A stretch of DNA of 64,000 nucleotides from Minisyncoccia bacterium (GCA_041737125.1 JBGSSJ010000013.1:6236-70235), one strand, 5' to 3'. Numbered from the stretch's first letter, positions 10,290 to 20,269 are shown. A program made the numbers and translations. Notes: generated from the sequence alone by a model not told the origin.

Positions 10290-11672
10290 ATGGCAGACAA
10301 AAATAAATCAAATTTAAGAGTTCCTCCTCAGAGTACGGATTCAGAGCGTGCAGTCCTCGGTTCTATAATGCTTCGCCAAGGAGCTATACATGAAGTAAGT
10401 GATATCATTGGCATTGATTCCTTCTATGTGTCGAAGCATGGCGATATCTACAAGATAATGCTAGAGCTTTCCAGCAAAGGTGAACCTATCGATATCATAT
10501 CCTTATCTCATAGATTAGAAGAAAAAGGAATACTAGATAAAGTTGGCGGCAGTAGCTACATCAGTGACCTTGCGAATTCTGTTCCCTCTTCTACGAATAT
10601 TAAACATTATGCTGAAATAGTATCAAAGAAGCATATCCTAAGAAAGATAATAGACGCAGGATCCGATATATCTGAACTTGGCTTCAAAGAAGAAGTTGAG
10701 AACGTGTATGAAATACTTGATCAAGCCGAGAAGCGCATGATGGGTATCGATAATAATACTAGTGGACACGCTTTCTCATCTTTGAAGGAAAGTTTACCTG
10801 AAGCGTGGAATCGTCTAGAGAAGTTGCACGAGAATAAAGGTGAGATTCGTGGAGTGCCTACTGGCTTTCATGATCTTGATCAGTATCTATCTGGGCTTCA
10901 GAAGTCCGACCTTATCATACTTGCTGCTCGTCCTTCTATGGGTAAGACTACTCTCGCACTCGACATCGCTCGCCAAGCAGCCACAAAAAGTAGCATACCT
11001 ACTGTTATATTCTCCCTCGAAATGAGTACACAGCAACTAGTAGACAGATTACTTGCCGCAGAGTCTCGTGTAAATGCATGGAATCTCCGTACTGGTAACT
11101 TATCTGCAGAAAGTGAATTCTCCAAGATTCGTGATTCACTAGACTTACTTTCCAAAGCTCCTATATTCATTGACGATATGGCTGGTAACTCTATCGTGCG
11201 TATGCGCTCAGTCTGCCGTCGTATTCGTGCAGAGAATGGCATAGGGCTTATTATTGTCGATTACTTACAGCTAATGTCTGCTTCGAAGAATTATGACAAT
11301 ATGGTGAACCAAGTTACTGAAATATCTCGCTCACTAAAAGCTCTCGCAAAAGAGTTTGATGTACCAGTACTCGCACTCTCACAGCTTTCTCGTGCGGTGG
11401 AAAGCCGTGGTGGACGACCTCGCCTATCTGACCTCCGTGACTCTGGATCTATCGAGCAGGATGCCGATGTGGTCATGTTCATACACCGTGATGATAAAGG
11501 AAAAGACGAATCTGAGAAGACAAACATAGCAGAGATACTTATAGAGAAGCACAGAAATGGTCCTGTCGGTAAAGTCGACCTATACTTCGATGAGAAGTCT
11601 ACAACATTCATGAGTATGGAGAAGAGTAATCTCAATAGCTTCGCAACTTCTAGTAACTTGAACGATTTCTAA
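10290..11672 (+). CDS. dnaB: Replicative DNA helicase
   Basis: AARPSMGKT, FSLEM, IVDYLQL, SQLSR, SDLRDSGSIEQDAD, KHRNGP; no intein. Confidence 0.98.
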   Translation: MADKNKSNLRVPPQSTDSERAVLGSIMLRQGAIHEVSDIIGIDSFYVSKHGDIYKIMLELSSKGEPIDIISLSHRLEEKGILDKVGGSSYISDLANSVPSSTNIKHYAEIVSKKHILRKIIDAGSDISELGFKEEVENVYEILDQAEKRMMGIDNNTSGHAFSSLKESLPEAWNRLEKLHENKGEIRGVPTGFHDLDQYLSGLQKSDLIILAARPSMGKTTLALDIARQAATKSSIPTVIFSLEMSTQQLVDRLLAAESRVNAWNLRTGNLSAESEFSKIRDSLDLLSKAPIFIDDMAGNSIVRMRSVCRRIRAENGIGLIIVDYLQLMSASKNYDNMVNQVTEISRSLKALAKEFDVPVLALSQLSRAVESRGGRPRLSDLRDSGSIEQDADVVMFIHRDDKGKDESEKTNIAEILIEKHRNGPVGKVDLYFDEKSTTFMSMEKSNLNSFATSSNLNDF

Positions 11673-11680
11673 AAAATAAA

Positions 11681-12295
11681 ATGAATCCGATAGAAAATTT
11701 AGCACAATACTTCAAAGAATTCCCTGGTATCGGTGAGCGCCAAGCAAAGCGCTTTGTATACTTCCTATTACACAAGCATCCGAACTATGCAGAAGACTTG
11801 GGTAAAGCTATTCAAGGTATTAAAAAGCTTATTCACCAGTGTCCTTCATGCTTCCTATTCTTCCAATCAGAGAGGAATACACTTTGCGAGAATTGTAGTA
11901 ATCCGAAAGTTGATCGTACCTCCCTACTGATAATTGAGAAAGATGCTGATTATGAGAGCATCAAGAGAAGTAGAAATTATAGTGGTATGTACTTCATACT
12001 CGGTGGACTTGTGCCTATAGTCACGAAAGACACACCTAACTTCGTCCGCACAAAGGAATTACTGAAAACTATAGAAGAACGTGCAAAGAATGATGACTTG
12101 AAAGAAGTAATCATAGCACTGTCACTTAATCCTCAAGGTGAGCACACCGATAGCTACCTGCGTGAAATACTGGTAAACTTGAAGGATAAATATAACTTCA
12201 ACATAGTATCCCTCGGTCGTGGACTCTCCACCGGCACCGAGCTTGAATACTCTGATAGTGAGACTATAAAAAACGCACTAAAGAATAGAGCATAA
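11681..12295 (+). CDS. recR: Recombination mediator RecR
   Basis: FPGIGERQAKR HhH, CxxC..CxxC zinc finger, toprim domain, LEYSD. Confidence 0.93.
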   Translation: MNPIENLAQYFKEFPGIGERQAKRFVYFLLHKHPNYAEDLGKAIQGIKKLIHQCPSCFLFFQSERNTLCENCSNPKVDRTSLLIIEKDADYESIKRSRNYSGMYFILGGLVPIVTKDTPNFVRTKELLKTIEERAKNDDLKEVIIALSLNPQGEHTDSYLREILVNLKDKYNFNIVSLGRGLSTGTELEYSDSETIKNALKNRA

Positions 12296-12333
12296 AAAAA
12301 ATAAAACTCCTCAATTGAGGAGTTTTATTTTTT
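12296..12333. terminator. Bidirectional terminator recR/rplU
   Basis: Perfect palindrome AAAAAATAAAACTCCTCAA|TTGAGGAGTTTTATTTTTT between convergent genes. Confidence 0.8.
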
Positions 12334-12337
12334 AATA

Positions 12338-12700
12338 TTATTTAATTGCTGAGATTTTTACTTCGATGAAAGGTTGGCGGTGGCCGTTGCGCTTGATGTA
12401 GCGAGACTTCTGTTTGTACTTTACCACTTTAACTGTTTTACCGCGGCCTGCCTTTTGGAATATTGATTCAACTTGCGCTTTAGCAATATAAGGTGATCCG
12501 ATAGTAGTATCTATGCCATTATCTACAAGTAATACCTTATCGAATACGATTTTGTCTCCGGCTGTGAATTCGCCGTCTAATTTCTCTATTTTGAGGACGT
12601 CACCTACAGCCACTTTGTACTGCTTGCCGCCTGTTTCTATTACAGCAAATTCTGTATTTTCTGCGTCTTGCTTTTTAGTTGTCTTTGTTGTATTTGCCAT
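12338..12700 (-). CDS. rplU: 50S ribosomal protein bL21
   Basis: FAVIETGGKQYKV, GHRQPF. Confidence 0.96.
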   Translation of the reverse strand: MANTTKTTKKQDAENTEFAVIETGGKQYKVAVGDVLKIEKLDGEFTAGDKIVFDKVLLVDNGIDTTIGSPYIAKAQVESIFQKAGRGKTVKVVKYKQKSRYIKRNGHRQPFIEVKISAIK

Positions 12701-12802
12701 AAATTTGTTATTAGTAGATAAGCCTTATTTAATAAGATTTCTACAGGACATATAATACACAAAAGTTTCAAAAATTGCAAGCGGGGTGTTATAATGCAAA
12801 AC

Positions 12803-13243
12803 ATGATATCAAAGTACACTTATAAGGGCCTGACTTGGGTCGACCTCGAAGCCCCTACCCGGGAGGAACTATCGCATGTACTTGAAAGTAAGTCCGAGAA
12901 TGCGCTCCACTTCATAGTCGGCGATAACACACTTATAACAAGCCGTAAATACACCACTCCCGAAATCAAAAACTTCGCTAAAAATTTCGAAATGAATCTA
13001 GCCCTTGAGCGACCTGTTCAGATAGATAATATTGACTTACTATTTCTTGAAATTATTAACTTCTTCCGTACGCATGCTGAAAATAGCAAATATAGTGAGC
13101 AACTCGCGCAGAAGCATGATGAAGTGTCGTACTTACTAGAAGAGAATGATAGACTAGTGAGAAGGTACAATAAGAAAATATTTTATTTGAAGATTATTAT
13201 ACTTGTAGCTATTATTACAATAATTTATATACTATGGCGTTAA
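12803..13243 (+). CDS. Truncated CorA-like protein with a single C-terminal TM helix
   Basis: N-terminus YTYKGLTWVDLEAPTREEL and LHFIVGDNTLIT resemble the CorA cytoplasmic domain; no GMN motif; overlaps cysS start. Confidence 0.55.
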   Translation: MISKYTYKGLTWVDLEAPTREELSHVLESKSENALHFIVGDNTLITSRKYTTPEIKNFAKNFEMNLALERPVQIDNIDLLFLEIINFFRTHAENSKYSEQLAQKHDEVSYLLEENDRLVRRYNKKIFYLKIIILVAIITIIYILWR

Positions 13244-14613
13244 AACTTTACAACTCATTATCACGCGAATTAGAAGACTTCGAGCCTATAAACCCTGGTG
13301 AAGCGAGCTTATATACCTGTGGACCTACAGTTTATAACTATCCTCATATTGGGAACTACCGCGCTTATATTTTCGGCGATATTTTAAAGAGATATCTAAA
13401 ATACAGCGGATACGAGGTCAAACATATTATGAATATTACAGACATAGATGACAAAACTATTCGTGATTCTATAGCCCAAGGTAAAAATTTGAAAGAATTT
13501 ACAGAATTCTATACTGAAGAATTTTATAAGGATAGAGATGCTCTCCATATAATTCCCGCAGATAAGTACACAAAGGCTACAGATTATGTAAAAGAAATGC
13601 TTGAACTTACAGAGAAGTTAGTAGAGAAAGGCTATGCATATATGACAGATGATGGATCTGCTTATTTCTCTATAGAGAAAGATAAAGAATATGGTAAGCT
13701 TTCACATTTTACCCTCTCTGACCTGAAAGAAAACGCCAAAGGACGAATGAAGAAGGATGAGTACGATAAAGAAAGTGCTCAAGACTTCGCATTATGGAAA
13801 GCATGGGATGCCAACGATGGTGATGTGTTCTGGAATCCGAGTGAACTACTTGGCACAGAGACGGAGCTTGCAAAGGGTCGCCCAGGCTGGCACATAGAAT
13901 GCTCAGCCATGAGTATAGCCGAGCTTGGCGAAAGTTTTGATTTACATACTGGTGGAGTAGACAATATGTTCCCCCATCACGAGAACGAGATAGCTCAATC
14001 CGAATGTGCTACAGGTAAAGAGTTCGTAAAGTATTGGATGCACAACGAGCACCTCATGGTAGATGGCAAGAAGATGGCAAAGTCCGCAGGTAACTTCTAT
14101 ACACTTCGTGACCTTATAGATAAAAGCATTGAGCCACTAGCATTCCGTTTATGGCTCTATACTGCCCACTATCGAACGAAAACAAATTTCACACTGGATG
14201 CTGTCACTGGCAGTGGAAGTGCTCTTAGGCGTATATATGAATCATATAAAGCACTTGGTGATGCAGTAGGTAAAGTATCAACTGAATATAAAGAGAAACT
14301 GATAGAGATAATGGATAATGACTTAGATACTCCGAAGGCTCTTGCACTGCTTTTCGACTTAGTAAAAGATAGCTCTGTGTCAGATAATGACAAGAAGGCT
14401 ACGATGCTCGACTTCGATCAAGTATTCGGCTTCGGATTAATTGAACTCAAAGAAGATGTTATTCCTGAAGAAGTAATGGCTCTTGCGGATAATCGCGAGA
14501 ATGCTCGCCAAAATAAAGATTGGGCAAAGAGTGATGAACTCCGCATGCAAATCAAATCACTCGGCTATGAAATAAAAGACGAAGAAGGAGGGTATAAAAT
14601 TTCAAAGATGTAA
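13234..14613 (+). CDS. cysS: Cysteinyl-tRNA synthetase
   Basis: YTCGPTVY..HIGN, NITDIDDK, GRPGWHIECS, FPHHENE, KMAKS. Confidence 0.98.
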   Translation: MALKLYNSLSRELEDFEPINPGEASLYTCGPTVYNYPHIGNYRAYIFGDILKRYLKYSGYEVKHIMNITDIDDKTIRDSIAQGKNLKEFTEFYTEEFYKDRDALHIIPADKYTKATDYVKEMLELTEKLVEKGYAYMTDDGSAYFSIEKDKEYGKLSHFTLSDLKENAKGRMKKDEYDKESAQDFALWKAWDANDGDVFWNPSELLGTETELAKGRPGWHIECSAMSIAELGESFDLHTGGVDNMFPHHENEIAQSECATGKEFVKYWMHNEHLMVDGKKMAKSAGNFYTLRDLIDKSIEPLAFRLWLYTAHYRTKTNFTLDAVTGSGSALRRIYESYKALGDAVGKVSTEYKEKLIEIMDNDLDTPKALALLFDLVKDSSVSDNDKKATMLDFDQVFGFGLIELKEDVIPEEVMALADNRENARQNKDWAKSDELRMQIKSLGYEIKDEEGGYKISKM

Positions 14614-14651
14614 TAAAAAACTGTAGGAGTGATTCCTACAGTTTTTTATTA
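14611..14651. terminator. Bidirectional terminator cysS/histidine kinase
   Basis: TAATAAAAAACTGTAGGA-loop-TCCTACAGTTTTTTATTA. Confidence 0.8.
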
Positions 14652-16334
14652 TTTCATTAATTTAAGTTCGAAGTAGAAAGTGGAGCCTTTGCCCATGCCT
14701 TCTGAGTCTACACCTATAGTACCTTTGTGGGCTTCTATAATTTCCTTTGCTAAGTAGAGTCCAAGTCCTGATCCGCCAGTATTCATACGAGCGCCATCAC
14801 CACGAGCGAATTTCTGGAATAGTGTTACCTTTGTTTCTGGAGTCATACCCATACCTGTATCCTTCACAGAAAATACGACTTTCGTTCCCTTCTTCTCTAC
14901 AGATACATGTATAGTACCTACCTTTGTATATTTTATAGAGTTATCAATGAGGTTCAACACAACTTGGCGAATCTTCTCTTTGTCACCATTTACCATATAC
15001 TCCTTATCTCCTGCTTCAAAAGTAAGTTCTACTCCTTTATCCTTTGCAGTTATAGATAGATCGTTTGCCATGCTTTCAGATATTTCTACAAGGTTGAATG
15101 GTTCCATCACGAACTTGAGTCCTCCTTGCTCAATCTTTGATACATTTAATAAATCTTCCACAATCTTTGTGAGATTTATACTAGATTGGAAAACTTTGCT
15201 CATGGCCTCCTTTGCTTCATCATTTATAGTCCCATAGTCCCCGTCTACAATCATAGAAATATAACCTTTAATAGCAGTTAGTGGACTACGAAGCTGATGA
15301 GATGCAAGGCCCAGGAACTCTGTTTTTAATTTATCCAAATCTTTAAGCTTGTCATTTGCATGCTCAAGTTTAATATTTGATTCTTCAAGCCTAGACTTTG
15401 AAGCTTCAAGTTGGACAGACAATTGTTCAATCTTTACACGCTGATCACTTTCTCTTTTTAAATTACGATATAGGATCACACTTAGTATAAGAGTGAATAA
15501 AACAGTAATAGATGTAAGTAGGACATCAACTCCTCCATCCACAAAGAATAATTGACCTCCCATCAGAATCACTAGTCCTCCCACAAGATAGTGAGTTCCC
15601 AATATGTGGAATTTAAATATATCTAATTCAAATACTGCATAAATAATGGCAACTAGGAATACCGGTAGAATAAAGAGACTATAAAGATTGTATTCGTAGA
15701 TACCAGTAACTGAAGCATAATATTCAGTTCCACCAAATATGGAAAAGAATAGTAAAATGGAGCCCAACACTATTAAATCCGCTTTTCTGTGGCCAGGAGC
15801 TTGTTTAATAAAAAACGTACGAATCATATAACCAAGTATGACCAAGCCAATAATGCTCTCAATTATTAGTTTATAATTATCCAAGAAGACATTATTATAT
15901 GCTTCACATACAGACTGATCAAATCCAACAACTGAACCTTGAGTTATAGTAATCAGAAAAGGTACAACTAAGACTAAAGAAAATATTATTTTTAAATACC
16001 ATTTTACATCTCTTTCGCGAACGAAAGCTAAAATAAAATATAAACCCAATATATAAAATGTTAATTCAATATAAACTAAAGATGACCATACAGCATATAC
16101 AAGATAATAATTGTTAGAACTCCAAATGATAACATCTCCTAGTAACCATAAACAGAACATTGCTACAAAGGATAAAAATATTTTAGAAAAAGTATTAAAC
16201 TTCGCTTTAAAAGATACAAACAAGGCAAGAGAAAGAGACAATATCATTGGAATAATATGGGAGTAATTGGCAATCACTCTTAGGTCGCTTGTAGTTGCGT
16301 AGCAAGTATTAATAATCGTAGCTAAATTTTCCAT
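14649..16334 (-). CDS. Membrane sensor histidine kinase with N-terminal multi-TM (7TM-like) input domain
   Basis: About 9 hydrophobic helices, coiled coil, H-box ASHQLRSPL, N-box NLIDNSIKY, DTGMG, GSGLGL. Confidence 0.93.
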   Translation of the reverse strand: MENLATIINTCYATTSDLRVIANYSHIIPMILSLSLALFVSFKAKFNTFSKIFLSFVAMFCLWLLGDVIIWSSNNYYLVYAVWSSLVYIELTFYILGLYFILAFVRERDVKWYLKIIFSLVLVVPFLITITQGSVVGFDQSVCEAYNNVFLDNYKLIIESIIGLVILGYMIRTFFIKQAPGHRKADLIVLGSILLFFSIFGGTEYYASVTGIYEYNLYSLFILPVFLVAIIYAVFELDIFKFHILGTHYLVGGLVILMGGQLFFVDGGVDVLLTSITVLFTLILSVILYRNLKRESDQRVKIEQLSVQLEASKSRLEESNIKLEHANDKLKDLDKLKTEFLGLASHQLRSPLTAIKGYISMIVDGDYGTINDEAKEAMSKVFQSSINLTKIVEDLLNVSKIEQGGLKFVMEPFNLVEISESMANDLSITAKDKGVELTFEAGDKEYMVNGDKEKIRQVVLNLIDNSIKYTKVGTIHVSVEKKGTKVVFSVKDTGMGMTPETKVTLFQKFARGDGARMNTGGSGLGLYLAKEIIEAHKGTIGVDSEGMGKGSTFYFELKLMK

Positions 16335-16335
16335 T

Positions 16336-17139
16336 TTATTTTTTGGGGATTAAATTTTTAACCAATTCATTATAGCAAATCCAATGCGAATCTGTCTCTA
16401 TCTCAAGTGGACCTATTGGTACTATCAATGGCTTATGCCCAGTAGTTTTCGTGACATAATCAATAGCTGGGAGCACCACCTCGCGACTAAACTCACCGTC
16501 CTCATCATCTAGTAAGAAATTCTCAAATAGTATTCCATGGCAAAGAAATAATAAAAAGAAATTTTTATAATATATTTTCGCTCCTCCTCCATTATTTTTA
16601 AACCAACTTGATGCTTCGTAGAAATTTAATTTTGAAATCTCATAATTATGAAAAAGTTTTCTATGGAAATCTTGAAGCGGCTCACCCCATAAAGTCTTTA
16701 CATCTTTCAATTTTTCTCCATCATATTCATTAAAATCAACAATAGTAAATTTTTCTATTGGATAAATATCATTTTTATTAGCATCCCCATGTACTCGGAG
16801 TTGACCAAGTGAGTGCTTAAATTCATTATTGGAAGTAAATTTATCATCTAAATATTCAAAAAATACAGTTTTTAAATTATGATCATTCGTAATAGATATG
16901 AAATGCCTTGCATCATGGTTAGGTGTCGCAATCTGGCGAAACTGTACTCCACATGGTCCATTCTGTTTAAGTACTTCTGGTATATCGCCTTTTAGCAATT
17001 CTTCAATTTTGATCATTAAAGATGGATCTTTTTTTCTATCCTCTAGGATTTTAAGTGCTGCTGATAAGGGAGTATAAACGAAATCGTTAAAAAGACTTCG
17101 ATTAGACATGATCTTGTTATAGTCAGTTTCTTGATCCAT
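16336..17139 (-). CDS. Soluble hypothetical protein, enzyme-like
   Basis: 267-aa ORF 1 nt from both neighbours; motif-like stretches FRQIATPN, EYLDDKF, DFHRKLF, HGILFENF, KPLIVP; no family recognised. Confidence 0.8.
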   Translation of the reverse strand: MDQETDYNKIMSNRSLFNDFVYTPLSAALKILEDRKKDPSLMIKIEELLKGDIPEVLKQNGPCGVQFRQIATPNHDARHFISITNDHNLKTVFFEYLDDKFTSNNEFKHSLGQLRVHGDANKNDIYPIEKFTIVDFNEYDGEKLKDVKTLWGEPLQDFHRKLFHNYEISKLNFYEASSWFKNNGGGAKIYYKNFFLLFLCHGILFENFLLDDEDGEFSREVVLPAIDYVTKTTGHKPLIVPIGPLEIETDSHWICYNELVKNLIPKK

Positions 17140-17140
17140 A

Positions 17141-17566
17141 TTATTGATTTTCGTCTTCTCTTATAGTTTCTGAATCTACTATTGTAGACTCTTCTTCATT
17201 TAATACAGATTCAGGGAAAAGACATAGCTCACCTTCTATATCTTCTTCTGTACATTCAGTTTTCACACATGAATCGGCGTTTTCCTTACAGAAATTTGTA
17301 CAATCTTCATTTTCACACATAGCAAAGTCGTTTGCATTTATGGTGTATTTACTATAATAAGAAAGATTATTTGGAGGACATTCATCAGCAATACTACAGT
17401 CTCGATAAAAACAAGTCTCACTTGTACTATCACAATTAGTTTCCACAATGAAATAATAGTCCTTTTTCAAATAGAAATTATAAAAAGAAACAGCCACTAC
17501 AACAAAGCAACTAAATAGTAATATATAGATAAATGTATTGTGACTTTTAATATCTTCTTCTGGCAT
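17141..17566 (-). CDS. Membrane-anchored Cys-rich protein
   Basis: One TM helix, then a domain with about 10 Cys (CDSTSETCFYRDC..ECPP..CENEDCTNFC..C..C..C) and an acidic tail. Confidence 0.8.
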   Translation of the reverse strand: MPEEDIKSHNTFIYILLFSCFVVVAVSFYNFYLKKDYYFIVETNCDSTSETCFYRDCSIADECPPNNLSYYSKYTINANDFAMCENEDCTNFCKENADSCVKTECTEEDIEGELCLFPESVLNEEESTIVDSETIREDENQ

Positions 17567-17586
17567 ATATATATTTTACCACAGTA

Positions 17587-18507
17587 TTAGCTAAATAAGA
17601 ATATACTTCCGACAATCATAACTCCGATTGCAATTATTTTTGGTACCAGGACTTTCTTTGAAAGATTTTCCTTGACGATATGAGGAAGGAACTTTGTTCC
17701 GAGTACAGTGAGAATCAGTACTATCGCTGGCTGGAATGTGCCCACGAGGTAAACCATAGTTACTGGAGCAAGAAGTAAAGCAAAGTTCGTCAGTAGATTA
17801 CCAGAGACAGTAGCAAGCTCACTTATAGTATTGACTATGAATATTTTCACCCCGCCTTTATGGTTCATATTCATAAATTCACGCCTATACTTCGGCACGA
17901 ATAAGTATATGATTATCCCTGTAATACCAAGCCCAACATATTCCCAGAAAGAAGAAACCCAGAAATCCCCTTCTATGGTAACGTATTTAAATATTATTCC
18001 AGATAATGCTACAAGTATGCACGCAAGTAACATATAGAAAACGGGCTTCCTTTTTATCTGCCTCTTCTCTGCACTAAAATCAATAGAAAGTAATACTAAG
18101 CCCAAGAGCATAATAATAGTTCCTAGTATCTGATTGCTGGTCAAAACCTCGTCCAAGAATATATATCCAAATATATATCCAAACATTGGCACAGTTAGGA
18201 ACCACGGCACAATGTTTGAAACTTCTTCTACCTCAAGTGCATACAAATAAAGCACGACCCATATAATAGTAAGAAGTCCAGTGAAAAGTAATAGAAAGAT
18301 ATCGGAACTTGGTATATCAAATAATCCTCTTACAAATATTGCAATGAGTATGGCGATGACTATACCAATAAGACTAGAGAATAACACTAAACCACCAGAA
18401 CTATGTTCCTTTTCTTTATCTGAATATTTAGAGATAAGGTATTGATCAGCAATATTCACCAATGCCCACAAGAATGTGGCTCCAAGTGCAATGAAAAACC
18501 AGTTCAT
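17587..18507 (-). CDS. EamA/DMT superfamily transporter
   Basis: About 10 TM helices in two EamA-like halves (YIFLDEVLT..QILG; FLPHIVKENL); start moved to MNWFF. Confidence 0.88.
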   Translation of the reverse strand: MNWFFIALGATFLWALVNIADQYLISKYSDKEKEHSSGGLVLFSSLIGIVIAILIAIFVRGLFDIPSSDIFLLLFTGLLTIIWVVLYLYALEVEEVSNIVPWFLTVPMFGYIFGYIFLDEVLTSNQILGTIIMLLGLVLLSIDFSAEKRQIKRKPVFYMLLACILVALSGIIFKYVTIEGDFWVSSFWEYVGLGITGIIIYLFVPKYRREFMNMNHKGGVKIFIVNTISELATVSGNLLTNFALLLAPVTMVYLVGTFQPAIVLILTVLGTKFLPHIVKENLSKKVLVPKIIAIGVMIVGSIFLFS

Positions 18508-18566
18508 ATTGCATAATAATAACATTTTTTGTAGTATTAGACCATTAGTATAAATATAAAATTATT

Positions 18567-19457
18567 ATGGTAGATTCAATAATCAGTGCAAAGAAAGTAG
18601 ATGATGCAGATGTAGTAATACTATCAGCAGCATACGAGAAAACAGCATCAAGTCGGAAAGGCACAGCCAGTGGACCAAAGGCTGTTATTAAGATGCTTGA
18701 TAGTAAGCTTGAACTTTTCGATAGAACTTATAAGAAAAATGTTTGCGACTTTGTAAAAATAGCCCATAAAGATGTGGGTTCTATTAATAATATATCTCCA
18801 CAAAAAGCACTAGATAGAATAGTAAATGAATCAACTAAAATTCTAGATAAGAATAAGTTTGTATTTCTCCTCGGTGGTGAGCACTCTGTGTCATTAGGAT
18901 TACTTACAGCATTATCTAGAAAGTTTGATCCCAAAGATGTCACAGTATTACAGATAGATGCGCATTGTGATCTTCGTAATGATGATAGTGATTACAGTGA
19001 TAACCCTACGAACCTTGCTCACTCTTGTGTGCTTCGCAGAGTAAATGAACTAGGCTATCCTTTAGTTCAAGTAGGTATCCGTACATACTATAAAGGCGAA
19101 TATGAGTACTTTTCTAATCCCAAAAATAATATAACGACTTTTGAATGGGGTAATAAAAATAAAATACCAAGTATAGACGATGTATTAAAATCAATTAAAA
19201 CTAAATATGTATATATTACAATCGATGTCGATGGATTCGACCCTAGCGTGATGCCTGGTACTGGTACTGCAGTCCAAGGAGGACTCGAGTGGTTGTATGG
19301 AGTAGAATTACTAGAACAAATTATTAAGTCTAAAGAATTAATAGGAGCAGATATAGTAGAAGTATCCCCTATGAAAGATTCCATCCTCACAGAGTATGGA
19401 GCAGCTCAGTTATTATATGGAATGATTGCTCACAAATACAGAAATAAATTAATATAA
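18567..19457 (+). CDS. speB: Agmatinase (ureohydrolase family)
   Basis: GGEHS, DAHCD, TIDVDGFDPS..PGTG, DIVEVSP. Confidence 0.9.
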   Translation: MVDSIISAKKVDDADVVILSAAYEKTASSRKGTASGPKAVIKMLDSKLELFDRTYKKNVCDFVKIAHKDVGSINNISPQKALDRIVNESTKILDKNKFVFLLGGEHSVSLGLLTALSRKFDPKDVTVLQIDAHCDLRNDDSDYSDNPTNLAHSCVLRRVNELGYPLVQVGIRTYYKGEYEYFSNPKNNITTFEWGNKNKIPSIDDVLKSIKTKYVYITIDVDGFDPSVMPGTGTAVQGGLEWLYGVELLEQIIKSKELIGADIVEVSPMKDSILTEYGAAQLLYGMIAHKYRNKLI

Positions 19458-19500
19458 AATAAAATCCCATTAAATTTACTTAATGGGATTTTATTTTATA
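19453..19500. terminator. Bidirectional terminator speB/DUF62 gene
   Basis: 21-bp stem TATAAAATAAAATCCCATTAA / TTAATGGGATTTTATTTTATA. Confidence 0.75.
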
Positions 19501-20266
19501 TTTTCGTTCCTACTTCTAAGTTAAGAATTTTCGATGCAGGTTGCCTCTGGACTACGATCTCTACAAATCTCTTATCTTTATAACCGGAGCTCCCTTTCGT
19601 AAAGTAGCCTTTGCCATCTTTGGGCACATCCGTCAGTCTTTCTATAAATTCATAAGGCAATGTTGTATGATTTGTAAATTCTGAGCCTTCTTCGCATACG
19701 ATAGTAGTTTTACAATTACCAAAGCAATCCACATACCAGACATAGTTCTCATCACCGAAGTCATAAACTTCACCATTCTTCGCATTAATTTCTTTGCCTT
19801 GATAAATCCAATTCGTAAGGTGGGGCAAATATTCGAAGCTTCGGAATTGTGATAACGATATCCTCTTTGCTTCTGCTTCAGGCAAGAATTGTACACATAC
19901 AGTATAAACATCTGTTTCGGATATTTCGGATATAAGTCCTAGCTTCTTGGCTAGTGTAAAACAATTCGGTGTACCAATAACTGTAATTTTTCCAATTTTA
20001 CCAAAGCAAAATGGTATGCCATTGGGATATCTTTCCTTCGCACCCCTAGGTGCTACATTGACCACAATAATACCCTCTGTGTCATTATATGCATCTAGTG
20101 CATCAATAAAACAACCAGAAGCTTCAAGCTCCCCTTTAGCACCAAGATCATTGTTAATACCTATAAATGTTATATTTGTAGTATTACCCAAAAGAGCTTT
20201 GTATCTTATTTCTTGGCGACTACGAGCATTCGCATCCGCACAATCTGAAATGATAGTTATCTGCAT
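19496..20266 (-). CDS. SAM hydroxide adenosyltransferase / halogenase-like (DUF62) protein, divergent
   Basis: N-terminal IISD, VNVAPRG (cf. VVDPGVG), YVDCFGN (cf. IDxFGN), C-terminal FVEIVV...ASKILNLEVG. Confidence 0.72.
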   Translation of the reverse strand: MQITIISDCADANARSRQEIRYKALLGNTTNITFIGINNDLGAKGELEASGCFIDALDAYNDTEGIIVVNVAPRGAKERYPNGIPFCFGKIGKITVIGTPNCFTLAKKLGLISEISETDVYTVCVQFLPEAEAKRISLSQFRSFEYLPHLTNWIYQGKEINAKNGEVYDFGDENYVWYVDCFGNCKTTIVCEEGSEFTNHTTLPYEFIERLTDVPKDGKGYFTKGSSGYKDKRFVEIVVQRQPASKILNLEVGTKI

Positions 20267-20269
20267 ATA

